Shown here piece after piece: positions 10,513 through 24,306 of a stretch of 64,000 nucleotides of DNA. Position numbers and translations under genes: made by a program. Source of the stretch: Paraspadella gotoi (taxonomy: Eukaryota > Animalia > Chaetognatha); contig CM119270.1 of assembly GCA_051294375.1 (NCBI GenBank), positions 21,816,519 to 21,880,518 on the forward strand, given 5' to 3'. Numbering within the stretch: the stretch's first letter is position 1; each line of letters begins with the position of its first letter. Under the pieces are notes generated by a model, which was not told where the DNA came from, made no database searches, and saw nothing but the letters and a program-made list of their open reading frames with translations.

Positions 10513-10552
<40 letters not shown>

Positions 10553-10691
10553 AGAGAGATGAGAGAGTGATGTGACTCCCTCTCCCTCTCGCTTTTCATC
10601 CTCGGACATAAAACGCGGTCGTCGAATCTCATTTTTCAAGAGAAAAAAAATCAGTTCGATTCATCGGCTTTTTATCTCCTTTTCTCCGCGA

Positions 10692-10930
10692 AATCACTTC
10701 TCACAATCACTTCGCTAATCACTTCTCACAATCACTTCTCACATTCAGTTCTCACATTCAGTTCTCACAATCAAATCACTTCTCACAATCACTTCTCTTA
10801 ATCACTTCTTACAATCACTTCTCACATTCAGTTCTCACAATCACTTCACTTAACCACTTCTGACAATCACTTCTCTTAATCACTTATCACTACACTTTTC
10901 CTAATCACTTCTTATAATTACTTCTTAATA
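10692..10930. repeat. 13-bp tandem repeat (AATCACTTCTCAC)
   Basis: Visible periodic units. Confidence 0.9.
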
Positions 10931-11872
10931 TCATTTTTTTTTTAAATACAGAACCTATTCACTTTTTACAACAACTTACTCATAAACTCATTTTCCGCAA
11001 TCACTTTTAACTTATAACTTTTATTACTGTAATCACTAATTACGATCAATAGTTTTTCAACATCTTTAATCAGTTTTAACAAGAGTCAAACTCAAAGCCG
11101 TCAAAATGTCCCATGTTCTTTTATTTTTTTTTAAACTGGCGGAGAAAGCGTCAACTAGAACGAGAACCAAAAAATAAAACAAAAGACAACGGGAACCTTA
11201 AGTTAATAGAAAAATTTACGCCAGAAAATTAAATAAAAATCATATTATCATTTAATCATTTAATCATTTGCCTTTGGTTAAGTTGATTCTCCTGCGATGT
11301 TTTATAATAATAAAAAAAAATATGGAAGGAAAACATTTTACGGTTTGAAAATTTATCTCGTTTGATTCTTTGTTCAATATTATTTGAACAAACAAACGTA
11401 ACGACGATTCTATTCTTCTTGATTGACGTTTCTATTATGGGTTTTCAATCTTTTTTTCCTCATTTTACAACACATTAGCTGATGCGCTTAAACCCCCTGC
11501 CCCCGCCCTCATTTCACCATCTAAAGCTGTCGTTGAGAGGCAAATTACATACCAATTTCATATATATTACTAACTACCGATTACTTATAGAAATATTGCG
11601 ACAAATGTCAAAAAAAAAAATGTTAATTCGCGTAATAAAGTGGCAAGATTATTCTTTTATTTAGGTTTTTGTTAATTGTTTCCGCATCTTACATACTAAA
11701 TTGCTTAAATATTCCCTCGATCTTTCTATCTCTGTTACTCTATCGACACGGCTGCTAGAGCCAAAAATAGTTAATGCTCGTTCTTCAAATAAATAATACG
11801 TATAAGATGAATAAATAATACAACTAATTAACGAAAATATCACCCAATTCAAAAAAACATCTATCATATCAC

Positions 11873-12647
11873 GTAAACGAGGGTGAGCATGATGATGATG
11901 ATGATGATGAATGATGAGATGATGATATGATGATGATGATGATGATGATGATGACGACACTACCACGCCCTCCTCTCCGCCCTCTTAACCAAATTAAAAT
12001 CCTGTGAAGTTTTTCTTATTCAAATTTTTTTTTCAAACAAAAAAAGGATCGAATTTGTGATGAACTTGAATTTTTTTTTCTCTTTGAAATTTAATGAACA
12101 AGTTTGACCCAAAATTCTAAATCTCGAAATCATTATGGCCTGTCCAAGGTCAGGGGCAAGATAGCCATGTATTAAATGAAATATATAATTTTTATATTGA
12201 TTGTGCCAAATTTACAAATCCGTAAAAAACGATAAAGAAAAACTTTCAAAAAAAGCAGATCTTTTTCTGTTACCTATATTTGCTCCTTTCTAATGAAATT
12301 AATATCAAATAGGACAGCCGGACAGACGGACAAAGACAACAGACGTCTTCGCGATTCGTGATCGTGAATGAATAAATGATGACATCTAATGGTGACATAA
12401 CAATGATAAACAATAAGAGAAAAACCTTTCAATATAAGGGCGACGGGAAAAGGGACCATGATAACAGCGATGAAACGATTGACGACGACACACGACGACG
12501 ATTACGACGACAGACATGACGAAACGACGACGATGATGGCGACGACGACGCCAATGAATCTTTCTACAAAACGAAAAAGACAAATGATTACGAGATTTAG
12601 TTTGACGCAACGAGCCAGCGTCGTGTCGTCGTCGTCGTCGTCGTCGT

Positions 12648-12695
<48 letters not shown>

Positions 12696-13780
12696 TCATA
12701 TATCCGCGGCGTGGACGGTCGGAATGTCCACCTGCCGTCAAAACGACAAAAACGACGACGAGGACGACGACGACGACGACCGATGTTCCGGAAGATAAAA
12801 ATGGAGCAGATCCAAGTGACGGCAATGGCTCGAGGGATAGTTCCTGTTTTTATTTTAAAATTATTTAAACCGTAAAAATGCTTCTCAATATTCTTTATCC
12901 TAACATTTTTTTATTGATTCAAAATGCGACTTAATGCTGTCGCATATATATTAAGGCGGAACAGGTTACAAACTCACAGAAGTCCGGTAATAAATATTGT
13001 TAATGTGTTTATTTATGTTGAAATAAAAAAAATTAAGATTTTATTTATAGTTAAATGCATAGAAACTATTTATTATAAATTATATAATAAAACAATTTTA
13101 TTAATAAATTTTATTTTTTTAACGGATTCTGTTAGAGCTTGAAAAGTTAAATGAAGGTTATTAAAATTTGTAGTACTAACCTTCATCTTACTTTTTAATC
13201 ACACACCATCAAAAGACCACCCATTCTACATCATGCGCCACCATTCCTTATGAAAAGGCTCCACGATCACCCATCAGAGAGCGCCCTCTCTCGATGACGA
13301 ACTTATGCAAATGAGTTTGATGAGAGAAAGGGACGCAGTGGGTGAAGGCGACTACGACGAACGACGATGACGACGACGACGACGAAAAGTGGGCGTGTCT
13401 CACTCTCGATGGGTTCGGTGATTGACAGGATTCCCCCAAAGGGAGCAGGTGATTAGCGAGGTGTGAGCAGAACGCGGGCTGTGAATTGTGAAAAGTGATA
13501 TAGCGGCGGTTGAATGACCTTGAATGACCTTGTGAGGGTCGGTGAGTATGATTGGTGAAAGATGGATAAGACCGGAAGGCTGATTGGCTTGCTTGGGCGA
13601 CAAGCAAAAATAAAATGCTTGGTGAAGGTGATTGGTGATCATGAAAAAACCTGGAGTTTTAGTCGAAGAAAAGAAAATGGGAATGACAAAAATGACGATG
13701 ACAAAATGATGTTGAATAATGACAATGACATTGATGACAGAGTTGATAAAATGACAGGGGGATATCGAAAGAAGAGGGTA
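11873..13780 (+). repeat. Left arm of a ~5.9 kb inverted repeat
   Basis: Reverse complement matches 15899-17770; mirrored ORF translations (e.g. 13248..13607- vs 16070..16396+). Confidence 0.92.
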
Positions 13781-13794
13781 GGATGTACAGGCTC

Positions 13795-15035
13795 ACACGG
13801 GATTCTCCAACTGGATTCCTCCCACACGGATCTTCCCACGCGGGATTCCTACCACGGGAATTCCTCCCAATCGGGATTCTCCACACGGATACCCCCTCCT
13901 CCCGCGGATTCCTCCACACGGAATCCTCCCGCAAGGAATTCCTCCACACGGGATTCCTCCATGAAATTCCTCCCCCATAGAATTCCTCCCACACGGGATT
14001 CCCTCCCAAAGAATTCCTCCCCAAAAGAAATTCCTCCCACGCGGGATTCCTCCACACGGGATTCTCCCATGCAGGATTCCCTGCCACAACGGGATTCCTT
14101 CCACAACGGGAATTTCTCCCTAGCGTGATTCCTCCCACGCAGTGATTCCTCCACACGGGATTGTCTTCACACGGGATTCCTCACGCGGGATTCCTCCACA
14201 CGAGATTCTCCAACACAGGATTCCTCCCAACAGGGGATTCCTCCCACGCGGATTCCTCCCACACGGGATTACTCCACACTGATTTCCTCCACACGGGATT
14301 CTCCCCACAGGAATTCCTCACATGGATTCTCCACGGGAATTCCTCCCACGACTGATTTCCTCCCACAACGGGATTACTCCACAACGCGATTCCCTCCCAA
14401 ACGGGCTTCCTCCCTAAATTGTGATTAATTTTCTAGGTTGCATGTTCTTGTTGAAAGGAAAAAAATTTGGGAGAATCCGCTGGGAGGAATCCGCGTTGGG
14501 AGGAATTCCGTGTGGGAGGAAATCCCGGTGGGAAGGAATCCGCATGGGAGAATCCGTGTGGGAGGAATCCCGCGTGGAGGAATCCATGGGGAGATTCCCT
14601 TGTGGAGGAATCCCCTGTGGAAGGAATCCGCGCGTGGGAGGAATCCCGTGTGGGAGGAATCCTGTGGGGAGAATACGCGTGGAGGAATCCCGCGTGAGAA
14701 ATCCCGTGTGGGAGGAATCCGCGTGGGAGGAACCCGTGTGGGAAGGAATCCCGTGTGGGAAGAATCCCGCGTGGGAGGAACCCCGTGTGGGAGAATCCGT
14801 GTGGGAAGAATCCGCGTGGGAGACTTCTGTGGGGAGGAACCCCGTGTGGGAGGAATCCCGCGTGGAGGAATTCCTTTGGGAGGAATCCTGTGGGGAGGAA
14901 TTCCTTTTGGGAGGAATCCCGTGTGGGAGCAATTCCATTGGGAGGATCCCTTGGGATCCGTGTGGGGGAAACCGTGTGGAGAATCCGCGTGGGAGGAATC
15001 CCGCGTGGGAGGAATCCTGTTGGAGGAATCCCAAT
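13795..15035. repeat. GGATTCCTCCCACACG-type (~16-17 bp) satellite in two opposed blocks (13795-14415 forward, 14468-15035 reverse)
   Basis: ggattcctcccacacg units switch to cgtgtgggaggaatcc after a ~50 bp AT-rich spacer. Confidence 0.92.
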
Positions 15036-15898
15036 GGAACCCGAAAGAAGGAGAATGACAGGCTGAAGAGAAATTGATGACAAGAGGAAGGAGAAGACGG
15101 AGGAGCGACGCCAAAAAATGGAAATGACATGGAAGGCGGGCCTCTCTCTTCTCTCCTCTGCGTCTCTCTCTCTCTCTACTCTCTCTCTCTCTCTCTCTCT
15201 CTTCTCTTCTCTCTCTCTCTCGTCATCTTTTGCGAGCAAGATGAAAATTTAATGAAGACAAGAAAAAAAAAAGAGGAAGAAAAAATGTTCAACTTTAAAA
15301 ATAGAAGTGATTTTCACGAAGTTCANNNNNNNNNNNNNNNNNNNNNNNNNCTCCTGTCATCATTTTTTGGCGATCGCTCCTCCGTCTTTCTCCTTCCTCT
15401 GTCATCAATTTCCTCAGCCTGTCATTCTCCTTCTTTCAGGAGAATGACAGGCTGAGGGAAATTGATGACAGAGAAAGCGAGAAAGACCGGAGNNNNNNNN
15501 NNNNNNNNNNNNNNNNNNNNNNNNNNNNNNNNNNNNNNNNNNNNNNNNNNNNNNNNNNNNNNNNNNNNNNNNNNNNNNNNNNNNNNNNNNNNNNNNNNNN
15601 NNNNNNNNNNNNNNNNNNNNNNNNNNNNNNNNNNNNNNNNNNNNNNNNNNNNNNNNNNNNNNNNNNNNNNNNNNNNNNNNNNNNNNNNNNNNNNNNNNNN
15701 NNNNNNNNNNNNNNNNNNNNNNNNNNNNNNNNNNNNNNNNNNNNNNNNNNNNNNNNNNNNNNNNNNNNNNNNNNNNNNNNNNNNNNNNNNNNNNNNNNNN
15801 NNNNNNNNNNNNNNNNNNNNNNNNNNNNNNNNNNNNNNNNNNNNNNNNNNNNNNNNNNNNNNNNNNNNNNNNNNNNNNNNNNNNNNNNNNNNNNAGCC

Positions 15899-16888
15899 AC
15901 CCTTCTTTCGATATCCCCCTGTCATTTTATCAACTCTGTCATCCAATGTCATTGTCATTATCAACATCATTTTGTCATCGTCATTTTTGTCATTCCCATT
16001 TTCTTCTTCGACTAAAACTCCAGGTTTTTTCATGATCACCAATCACCTTCACCAAGCATTTATTTTTGCTTGTCGCCCAAGCAAGCCAATCAGCCTTCCG
16101 TCTTATCCATCTTTCACCAATCATACTCACCGACCCTCACAAGGTCATTCAAGGTCATTCAACCGCCGCTAATCACTTTTCACAATTCACAGCCCGCGTT
16201 CTGCTCACACGTCGCTAATCACCTGCTCCCTTTGGGGGAATCCTGTCAATCACCGAACCCATCGAGAGTGAGACACGCCCACTTTTCGTCGTCGTCGTCG
16301 TCATCGTCGTTCGTCGTAGTCGCCTTCACCCACTGCGTCCTTTCTCTCATCAAACTCATTTGCATAAGTTCGTCATCGAGAGAGGGCGCTCTCTGATGGG
16401 TGATCGTGGAGCCTTTTCATAAGGAATGGGTGGCGCATGATGTAGAATGGGTGGTCTTTGATGGTGTGTGATTAAAAAGTAAGATGAAGGTTAGTACTAC
16501 AAATTTTAATAACCTTCATTTAACTTTTCAAGCTCTAACAGAATCCGTTAAAAAAAATAAAATTTATTAATAAAATTGTTTTATTATATAATATAATATA
16601 AAATAGTTTCTATGCATTTAACTATAAATAAAATCTTAATTTTTTTTAATTTTCACATAGATAAACACATTAACAATATTTATACCGGACTTCTGTGAGT
16701 TTGTAACCTGTTCCGCCTTAATATATATGCGACAGCATTATGTCGCATTTTTGAATCAATAAAAAAATGTAGGATAAAGAATATTGAGAAGCATTTTACG
16801 GTTTAAATAATTTTAAAATAGAAACAGAACTATCCCTCGAGCCATTGCCGACACTTGGATCTGCTCCATTTTTATCTTCCGGAAATCA

Positions 16889-16919
<31 letters not shown>

Positions 16920-16976
16920 TTTGTCGTTTTGACGGCAGGTGGACATTCCGACCGTCCACGCCGCGGATGATGATGA

Positions 16977-17035
<59 letters not shown>

Positions 17036-17692
17036 TTGGCTCGTTGCGTCAAACTAAATCTCGTAATCATTTGTCTTTTTCGTTGTAGAAAAGATTCATT
17101 GGCGTCGTCGTCGCCATCATCGTCGTCGTTTTCGTCATCGTCGTCGTCGTTCGTAATCGTCGTCGTTTGTCGTCGTCATCGTCATCGCTGTTATCATGGT
17201 CCCTTTTCCCGTCGCCTATATTGAAAGGTTTTTCTCTTATTGTTTATCATTGTTATGTCACCATTAGATGTCATCATTTATTCATTCACGATCACGAATC
17301 GCGAATCACAGAAGGGTCTGTCTCTTTGTCCCTCTGTCCGGCTGTCCTATTTGAGATTAATTCATTTTTAGGATCAAATTATGGTAACAAAAAAAGATCT
17401 TGATTTTTGTTGAAAGTTTTTCTTTATCGTTTTTTACGTATTTGTAAATTTGGCACAATCAATATAAAAATTATCTATTCTTTTAATACATAGGCTATCT
17501 TGCCCCTGCACCTTGGACAGGCCATATGATCATTTGTCAAATTTTCATGAAATTTCAAGAAGAAAAAAAAAATTCAAGTGTCATCAACAAATTCGATTCC
17601 TTTTTTGTTTGAAAAAAAAAATTTGAATAAGAAAAACTTCACAGGATTTTAATTTGGTTAAGAGGGCGGAGAGGAGGGGGCGTGGTAGTACG

Positions 17693-17753
<61 letters not shown>

Positions 17754-17770
17754 GCTCACCCTCGTTTACG
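15899..17770 (-). repeat. Right arm of the ~5.9 kb inverted repeat
   Basis: Ends ..catgctcaccctcgtttacg, the reverse complement of cgtaaacgagggtgagcatg at 11873. Confidence 0.92.
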
Positions 17771-18474
17771 GTCTCAACAATAGAAAAAGCCTTTCGTTCC
17801 AATTATTATTATTCTCCGGTTGCTAGGCAACGCGACGTTCCGAAAGACTCTTTAAAAGGAAGGCGGAAAATGACTCTCTACTTCATCTTTTCCCTCTTCT
17901 TCTCTCCCTCTCTCCCCCTCTCCCTCTCCCCCTCACTTCCTCTCCCCCTCTCTCCCTCTCTCCCTCTCTCCCTCTCCTTCTCATATTCGAACAAAAGGCG
18001 AACGAATGGCGCCGACGCTTTGTCTCCCCGGATGTAGGAGGATGAAGAGGAGGGAGAGGAGGAAGAGGAGGAGGAAGAGGAAGACCCTTGGACAAAAGGG
18101 AGAAGGTGATGATAAGGTGAGTTTTATGGCGGTAAGGTCAAGAGAAGTGGTCATAGCAGGTGGGATAATGGAGGTAAGGGACGAGAGAGAACATCAGGAA
18201 ATGATGTTAAGGATGACCTCTTATGGATGTCAGGTAAAAAATATTTTAATATACATTATATAATATTATATAATATTATACCACTCCATTGATATGGAAT
18301 AAACGAGACTGGGAAAGAGTTTTGAGTTGAAGCTCGTAGGGTTTTACTACGATAGAGGCTTAACACACCATAGCAAGTCCATAGTCGGGGTAAAGATAGC
18401 TCATTTATTAAATAAATCGATAATTTTTATATTAGTTGTACTCAATTTCATACGATATATTATAATCAGGCAAT

Positions 18475-18625
18475 CCAGGAGCAGTCCTATTAGGAGCAGG
18501 TCTTCTCGGAGCAGGCCTTCTAAAAGCAGGCTTTTGAGGAGCAGGGAATCTAGGAGCGGTCATTTTAGGAGCAGGCCCTCTAAGAGCAGGCCTTCTAGGA
18601 GCAGGCCTTTTAGGACCAGGCCTTC
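18475..18625. repeat. 15-bp tandem repeat (TAGGAGCAGGCCTTC)
   Basis: About 10 degenerate units. Confidence 0.85.
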
Positions 18626-18749
18626 AATGAGCGAGCAGTTCTTCCAGAACCAGACAATACGCTCGAGTGGTCGACTTAACTGGGGCTCAAGCAAATGGAG
18701 GGGCGGAACGCGAAATGGCATAAAGAGACCGAGAAGATAATGGAGTCTT

Positions 18750-19615
18750 TACCGGCGCCGTTTATGTCACGTGACTTCAATACCGGCGCCGTTTAAGTCA
18801 CGTGATCTTAATACCGGAGCCATTTAAGTCACGTGACTTCAATACCGGAGCCGTTTATGTCACGTGACTTCAATACCGGCGCCGTTTATGTCACATGATC
18901 TCAATACCGGAGCCATTTAAGTTACGTGACTTCAATACCGGCGCCGTTTATGTCACATGACCTCAATACCGGTGCCGTTTATGTCACATGATCTCAATAC
19001 CGGAGCCATTTAAGTCACGTGACTTCAATACCGGCGCCGTTTATGTCACGTGACCTCAATACCGGTGCCGTTTATGTCACGTGACTTCAGTATCGGCGCC
19101 GTTTATGTCACATGATCTCAATACCGAAGCCATTTAAGTCACGTGACTTCAATACCGGCGCCGTTTATGTCACGTGACCTCAATACCGGAGCCGTTTAAG
19201 TCACGTGACTTCAATACCGGCGCCGTTTATGTCACGTGACCTCAATACCGGAGCCGTTTAAGTCACGTGACTTCAATACCGGCGCCGTTTATGTCACGTG
19301 ACCTCAATACCGGAGTCGTTTAAGTCACGTGACTTCAATACCGGCGCCGTTTATGTCACGTGACCTCAATACCGGAGCCGTTTATGTCACGTGACCTCAA
19401 TACCGGAGCTGTTTAAGTCACGTGACTTCAATACCGGAGCCGTTTAAGTCACGTGACTTCAATACCGGCGCCGTTTATGTCACGTGACCTCAATACCGGA
19501 GCCGTTTATGTCACGTGACCTCAATACCGGAGCCGTTTAAGTCACGTGACTTCAATACCGGCGCCGTTTATGTCACGTGACCTCAATACCGGCGTCGCCC
19601 AAGTCACGTGACATA
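18750..19615. repeat. 31-bp minisatellite, ~28 copies, CAATACCGG(C/A)GCCGTTTA(T/A)GTCACGTGAC(C/T)T
   Basis: Period measured at 19212/19243/19274; no unique spacers. Confidence 0.95.
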
Positions 19616-20149
19616 AAAAAAACCCGCGCCGATTTCTCCTTTTGTGTTCCGCGTCTATTTTTCCGAGGAGGACGACGACGACGACGACGACAACGACGAC
19701 GACGACGACGACAATCACCACTTCAACAATCGCTCAAACAACAAACGTTTTCTTGACCGACGCATTTTTTTCCTTCATTTTTTTTTCATTTTTCCTCCTT
19801 TTTTTCTCCCTTTTTTTTCTCTCCTTTTTTCCTTTTTTCTTTTTTTCCTCTGTTCTTCTTTTGTTCTCCTTTGTTCTCTTTTTCTTTCTTTTTTTCTTTC
19901 CTCCTTTTTTTTCTTTTTTTCCCCTTTTTTTTTCTTTATTTATAATCTTCCTTCTTTTCTGTATTTTTCCTTTTCCTATTTTTCCCCGTTTGTCCTTCAT
20001 TCCCTCTCGGTCTCTCACATCGCATTGACGTATCTCATCACTGCATTTAAGGTGATTCGGTGATTTCTCCCCGAGTCTATGATCCGATTCCATCAGGTTC
20101 CATTCGGTTCCACTTGATTCCATCCTTTGATTTTCTAGATCTTTTGCAA

Positions 20150-20368
20150 TGACCGAATGGGTCCCTTTTGTTTTTGTCTTTTATTACAAATTTCTATTAA
20201 GAATAATCAATGGTTAGGGGATTTACGGTTCAGAGTTAAGGTTGAACTATTATGGATAGCGATAAAAATAAGGCTTGGAATGAGGGTTAGGTTTTAGTTT
20301 TAAGATTTAGTAAAAATTAAATTAAGTGATTCAGGAACAAAAATTGGGTATTTTCGAAAAATAAAGCC
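20150..20368. mobile_element. Third, more decayed copy of the MITE-like element
   Basis: gttagggg/gagggttagg interior ending attgggtattttcgaaaaataaagccc. Confidence 0.4.
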
Positions 20369-20519
20369 CAAATTTCTATATTAAAATAAGGATTAAAATT
20401 TGGCGAAGATTCGACCTTCGGATCAAGGAGGAGGAGGAGGAGAAGGAGGAGGAGGAGGAGGAGGAGAAGAAAGAAATGGGATCCATTGAATTACGAGCGA
20501 AATGCCGCCGGTCAAGAAC

Positions 20520-21270
20520 GGGGGGGAAGAATGAGAAGAGGGAGAGAGAGAGGAAGAAATAGAGGGAAGAATGAGAGAGGAGAGGAGAGAGAGAGAGGAA
20601 AATAGAGGGGAAGAATGAGAGAGAGAGGGAGAGAGAGAGAGAAGAAATAGAGGGAGATGAGAGGGAGGGGAGAGAGAGGAAGAAATAGAGGGAAGAATGA
20701 GAGGAGAGGGAAGAGGGAGAGGAAGAAATAGAAGGGAAGAATGAGAGGGAGAGGGAGAGAGAGAGAGGAAGAAATAGAGGGAAGAATGAGAGGGAGGAGG
20801 GGAGAAAGAGAGAGAGAGAAGAATAGAGGGGAAGAATGAGAGAGAGGGAGAGAGAGAGGAAGAAATAGAGAGGAAGAATGAGAGGGAGAGGGAGAGAGAG
20901 AGGAAAGAAATAGAGGGAATAATGATAGAGAGAGGAAGAGGAGAGAGAGAGAGAAGAAATAGAGGGGAAGAATGAGAGGGAGAGGAGAGAGAGAGGAAGA
21001 AATAGAGGGGAAGAATGAGAGAGGAGAGGGAGAGGGAGAGAGAGAGAGACAGAAATAGGGGAGGAAGAATGAGAGAGAGGAGAGAGAGAAGGTAGAAATA
21101 GAGGAAGAATGAGAGGGAGAGGTAGAGAGAGAGGAGAAATAGAGGAAGAATGAGAAGAAAAAGGGAAAGAGAAAGGAAGAAATAGATTTGAAGAATGAGA
21201 GGGAGAGGGAGAGAGAGAGGAAGAAATAAAGGGGAATGAATGAGAGGGAGAGGGAGAGAAAACAAATATG
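20520..21270. repeat. Purine-rich minisatellite (GAAGAAATAGAGGGAAGAATGAGAG core)
   Basis: Recurring aaatagagg..gaagaatgagag units separated by GA runs. Confidence 0.9.
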
Positions 21271-21319
21271 ATGGGAGAAGGACAGAGGGAGAAAAGTTAA
21301 AGAGGGAGGGAGAGATAAA

Positions 21320-21482
21320 GATAGCGGAAAAAAGCGGACAAAGGCGGACAAAAGCGTACAAAGGCGGACAGAAGCAGAATAAGGCGGACAAAGGCAGACT
21401 AGAGCGGAAAAAGTAGACAAAGGCGGACAAAGGCGGACAAAGGCAGACTAAAGCGGACAAAAGTAGACAAAGGCGGACAAAG
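21320..21482. repeat. 10-bp tandem repeat (AAGGCGGACA)
   Basis: Visible units. Confidence 0.9.
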
Positions 21483-21784
21483 GGTCGAAGTGGGAATGGA
21501 CAAGGGAGATTTCGACATTACGGGTGGGGTGAGTAAGTAAGCGAGAGCGCAGTTGGTTCGGGTAGGTAAGGTTAATTTGGCCAGCGGTTAACTGGAGGTC
21601 GGTATATGCTTTAAGGGTAAGGTGAAGGGTAGGTCGGTCGATGCTTTAGGATAAGGAAGGAGTCGGAAGAAAAGAGAGAAATCCTTGAACAGAAGACGAC
21701 GACGACGACGACGACGATGACGACGATGACGACGACGACGAAAGACTCCATATCCATTTTTGGTCGACGCCTCTGGGAGAGAGA

Positions 21785-21970
21785 AAGATGGAAAGAAAGA
21801 GGTAGAAGAGATGGAGAAATGGAAAAAAAGATGGAAAGAAAGATGTAGAAGAGATGGAGAAATGGAAAGAAAGATGGAAAGAAAGATGTAGAAGAGATGG
21901 AGAAATAGAAAGATAGATGGAAAGAAAGATATAGAAGAGATGGAGAAATGGAAAGAAAGATGGAAAGAAA
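21785..21970. repeat. ~41-bp tandem repeat (AGATGGAAAGAAAGATGTAGAAGAGATGGAGAAATGGAAAG)
   Basis: About four units. Confidence 0.85.
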
Positions 21971-22275
21971 TTGGGAAAAATTGAAAGAAAGAAAATATAA
22001 TATAACGGAAAGAAGGTATATGAATGAGCAGGAATTGGAATAGATGAAAGTATGAAAAAATGAAAGGGGAGGTAGAATAAGGAAATGTAAAGACGAAGCG
22101 AGGAAGGGATTAAAAAGGAAAGTAAGAATGAAAAAGGATGAAGAAAAAAGAGAGAATAAGGAGCTAAAAAAGCTTTTAAATAATATTTACGGTTGGATAT
22201 TTTTTTGATGTTTATGCGGGAAAAAATTTTGGGGCGATAAACATCAATTATGTAGACGTTTTTGTCGCGGAGCGT

Positions 22276-22328
<53 letters not shown>

Positions 22329-22390
22329 TGCAACGTCGTCTTTTTCATTGTCATTTTCACTATAGACATTTAAAACGTCAGTGTCGTTCT

Positions 22391-22689
22391 CGGCTCTTTC
22401 TTCCGAGAGTGTCCAATTTCTGTTCGTTTATCCTAGAATTTAATTTTAATTAAATATATTTATTTTATTTAAATATATTCTTAAACTGATAAATTAATCC
22501 TTTACCCTAATCCCTAAATACTAATCTTTACTTTTTAATCCTGACCTTTAACCCTTACCTTAATCACAAACCAAGACCCTCACTTTAATCTCTAACCTAA
22601 TCCCAAACTTAATCCCTTACCTTAATCTTTAACCTACTTTTTTGTAACTAAAAATAACTTAAAATGGGGCATTCTGGAAAAATAAGATA
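22391..22689. mobile_element. Second copy of the MITE-like element (opposite orientation)
   Basis: ttccgagagtgtccaat ... atggggcattctggaaaaataag with a ccctaa-like interior; aligns by eye to the reverse complement of 24307-24585. Confidence 0.6.
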
Positions 22690-23738
22690 AAATTGGGCGT
22701 TCTGGAAAACTATGGCTCCATTCTCATTCTTTGTCATCATTACAATTAAACAAAAAGAATGATTTAATAATTTAATTCTTGTTATCGTTTAAACGTTAAT
22801 TTCATAAAACAAGATACCAATTGCGCAAACAATTAATCTTGGCTAATTTTTTTTAATCTAATTTGCATAAATAAGTTGAGATCCCTTAATCGCTAAACTC
22901 ACTTCTGATCTAATTTGCATAGAACTTTCAAGATTCCCTTCAATCACTATAATCTAATTTGCATAATCCAGTTTCCTTCATTTTTTTCAACTTTTGCATT
23001 TGAATTTGTTCGATTCTTTCGTGAAGACGACGTACAATAAACAATTTAATAAGTCACGAAATAGATAAATTGTGTGATTAAACAATGTCTCTTTCACAAC
23101 AGTTTTAAAGATTGATACCAGGAGGAGTTTAAAATATGGAAAATGGTGAAAGGCATAAAACTAATTTACATATTACAATTAAAAGGTATTCGATAATTTT
23201 ATTATATAAAATATGTTTTCTCTTTCTCCGTTTTTCCTTTACAACTTTCACTCTCACTGTCTGATGAAAGAAGACAAAATGTATATAAACTCATTTGCAT
23301 ATTACAGTCCAGAGTTATTCTCTAATAATATAACATAAAATATTTTTTCTCTTAATCCAGTTTCCTCTCTACTTCTTCCATTCTTTCTTGATTTATTCTT
23401 CTTTTATATTTTCTTCCTTCCATGATTTATTTATCTTCTTTTCTTCATTTTCCCTTCATTTCTTCTTCATTATCATAACCCCGATTTGACCTTTCCTTGT
23501 TGGGCCTAGAATTTGGGAGAGAGAGAGAGAGAGAGAGGCCGCCCCCCCCTTAAGACCCTCCCTCTCTTCCCTTCCCGACCCCGCTGGTTCCATGAATGAC
23601 CCTCTCTTTGCATTTCTCCATCCCCACATATGCGTCCAAATTATTCCCAGCAGGGCCCCTTCGTTGCCTCAGAACGACCCTTCTTTACCCTCTTATCTCT
23701 GCCTCTTATTTTCTTCCGTTGCCTAGCAACGGATCGCT

Positions 23739-23795
<57 letters not shown>

Positions 23796-24306
23796 TCTAT
23801 TTCAGCCACTTTCTCGAATTTTTCACGATTCTTAAGCCTTTGTCAATATTTTATTACGACATTATTATTACTTATTTCGAGCTTATCGTTTCGTTGCGTT
23901 AGAAATTAGACTTAAGTCAAATTGTTTATTTTTTTACAGACAATGAACTTGTTTTTTTAAAGATTGAAATTAAAAACAAATTCGTTGTCTGTAAACAAAA
24001 TAAATAATTTCACCCAAGACTAATTCGTATTACATATTACAGAAGATACTATTATCCTAATTAATAATATCTTTTCGTTTTACCTTCCTCAAATTTTTAA
24101 AATATTTTATTTTTCTTTTTCATTTTATTCCTTTTCATGTAAAAAACTTCATTCCCCTGAAAGAAAATATCCCCTAGTATAATGTTTATACTCTCACTAA
24201 GTCTCCACGTTGCTAAGCGAGAAAGCTATCTACATATTTGTAGCAATATCAGTATTAATATGAGTCTTCCTCCGCAATTTTACGTCTCGGACAAACAACC
24301 CTTTTC

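Noticed and set aside
13562-15239. Many overlapping 100-270 aa ORFs (GGIP/WEES/RNP repeats)
   Set aside because: Open in nearly all frames because the satellite lacks stops; the unit length is variable and not tied to triplets.
18750-19615. CRISPR-like array of ~30-bp palindromic repeats
   Set aside because: Units are contiguous with no unique spacers, no cas genes are present, and the context is eukaryotic.
21480-21775. Possible minus-strand exon after acceptor tctctctcccag with a poly-Val stretch resembling a TM helix
   Set aside because: The hydrophobic run is a (GTC)n microsatellite and all frames stop before a convincing donor.
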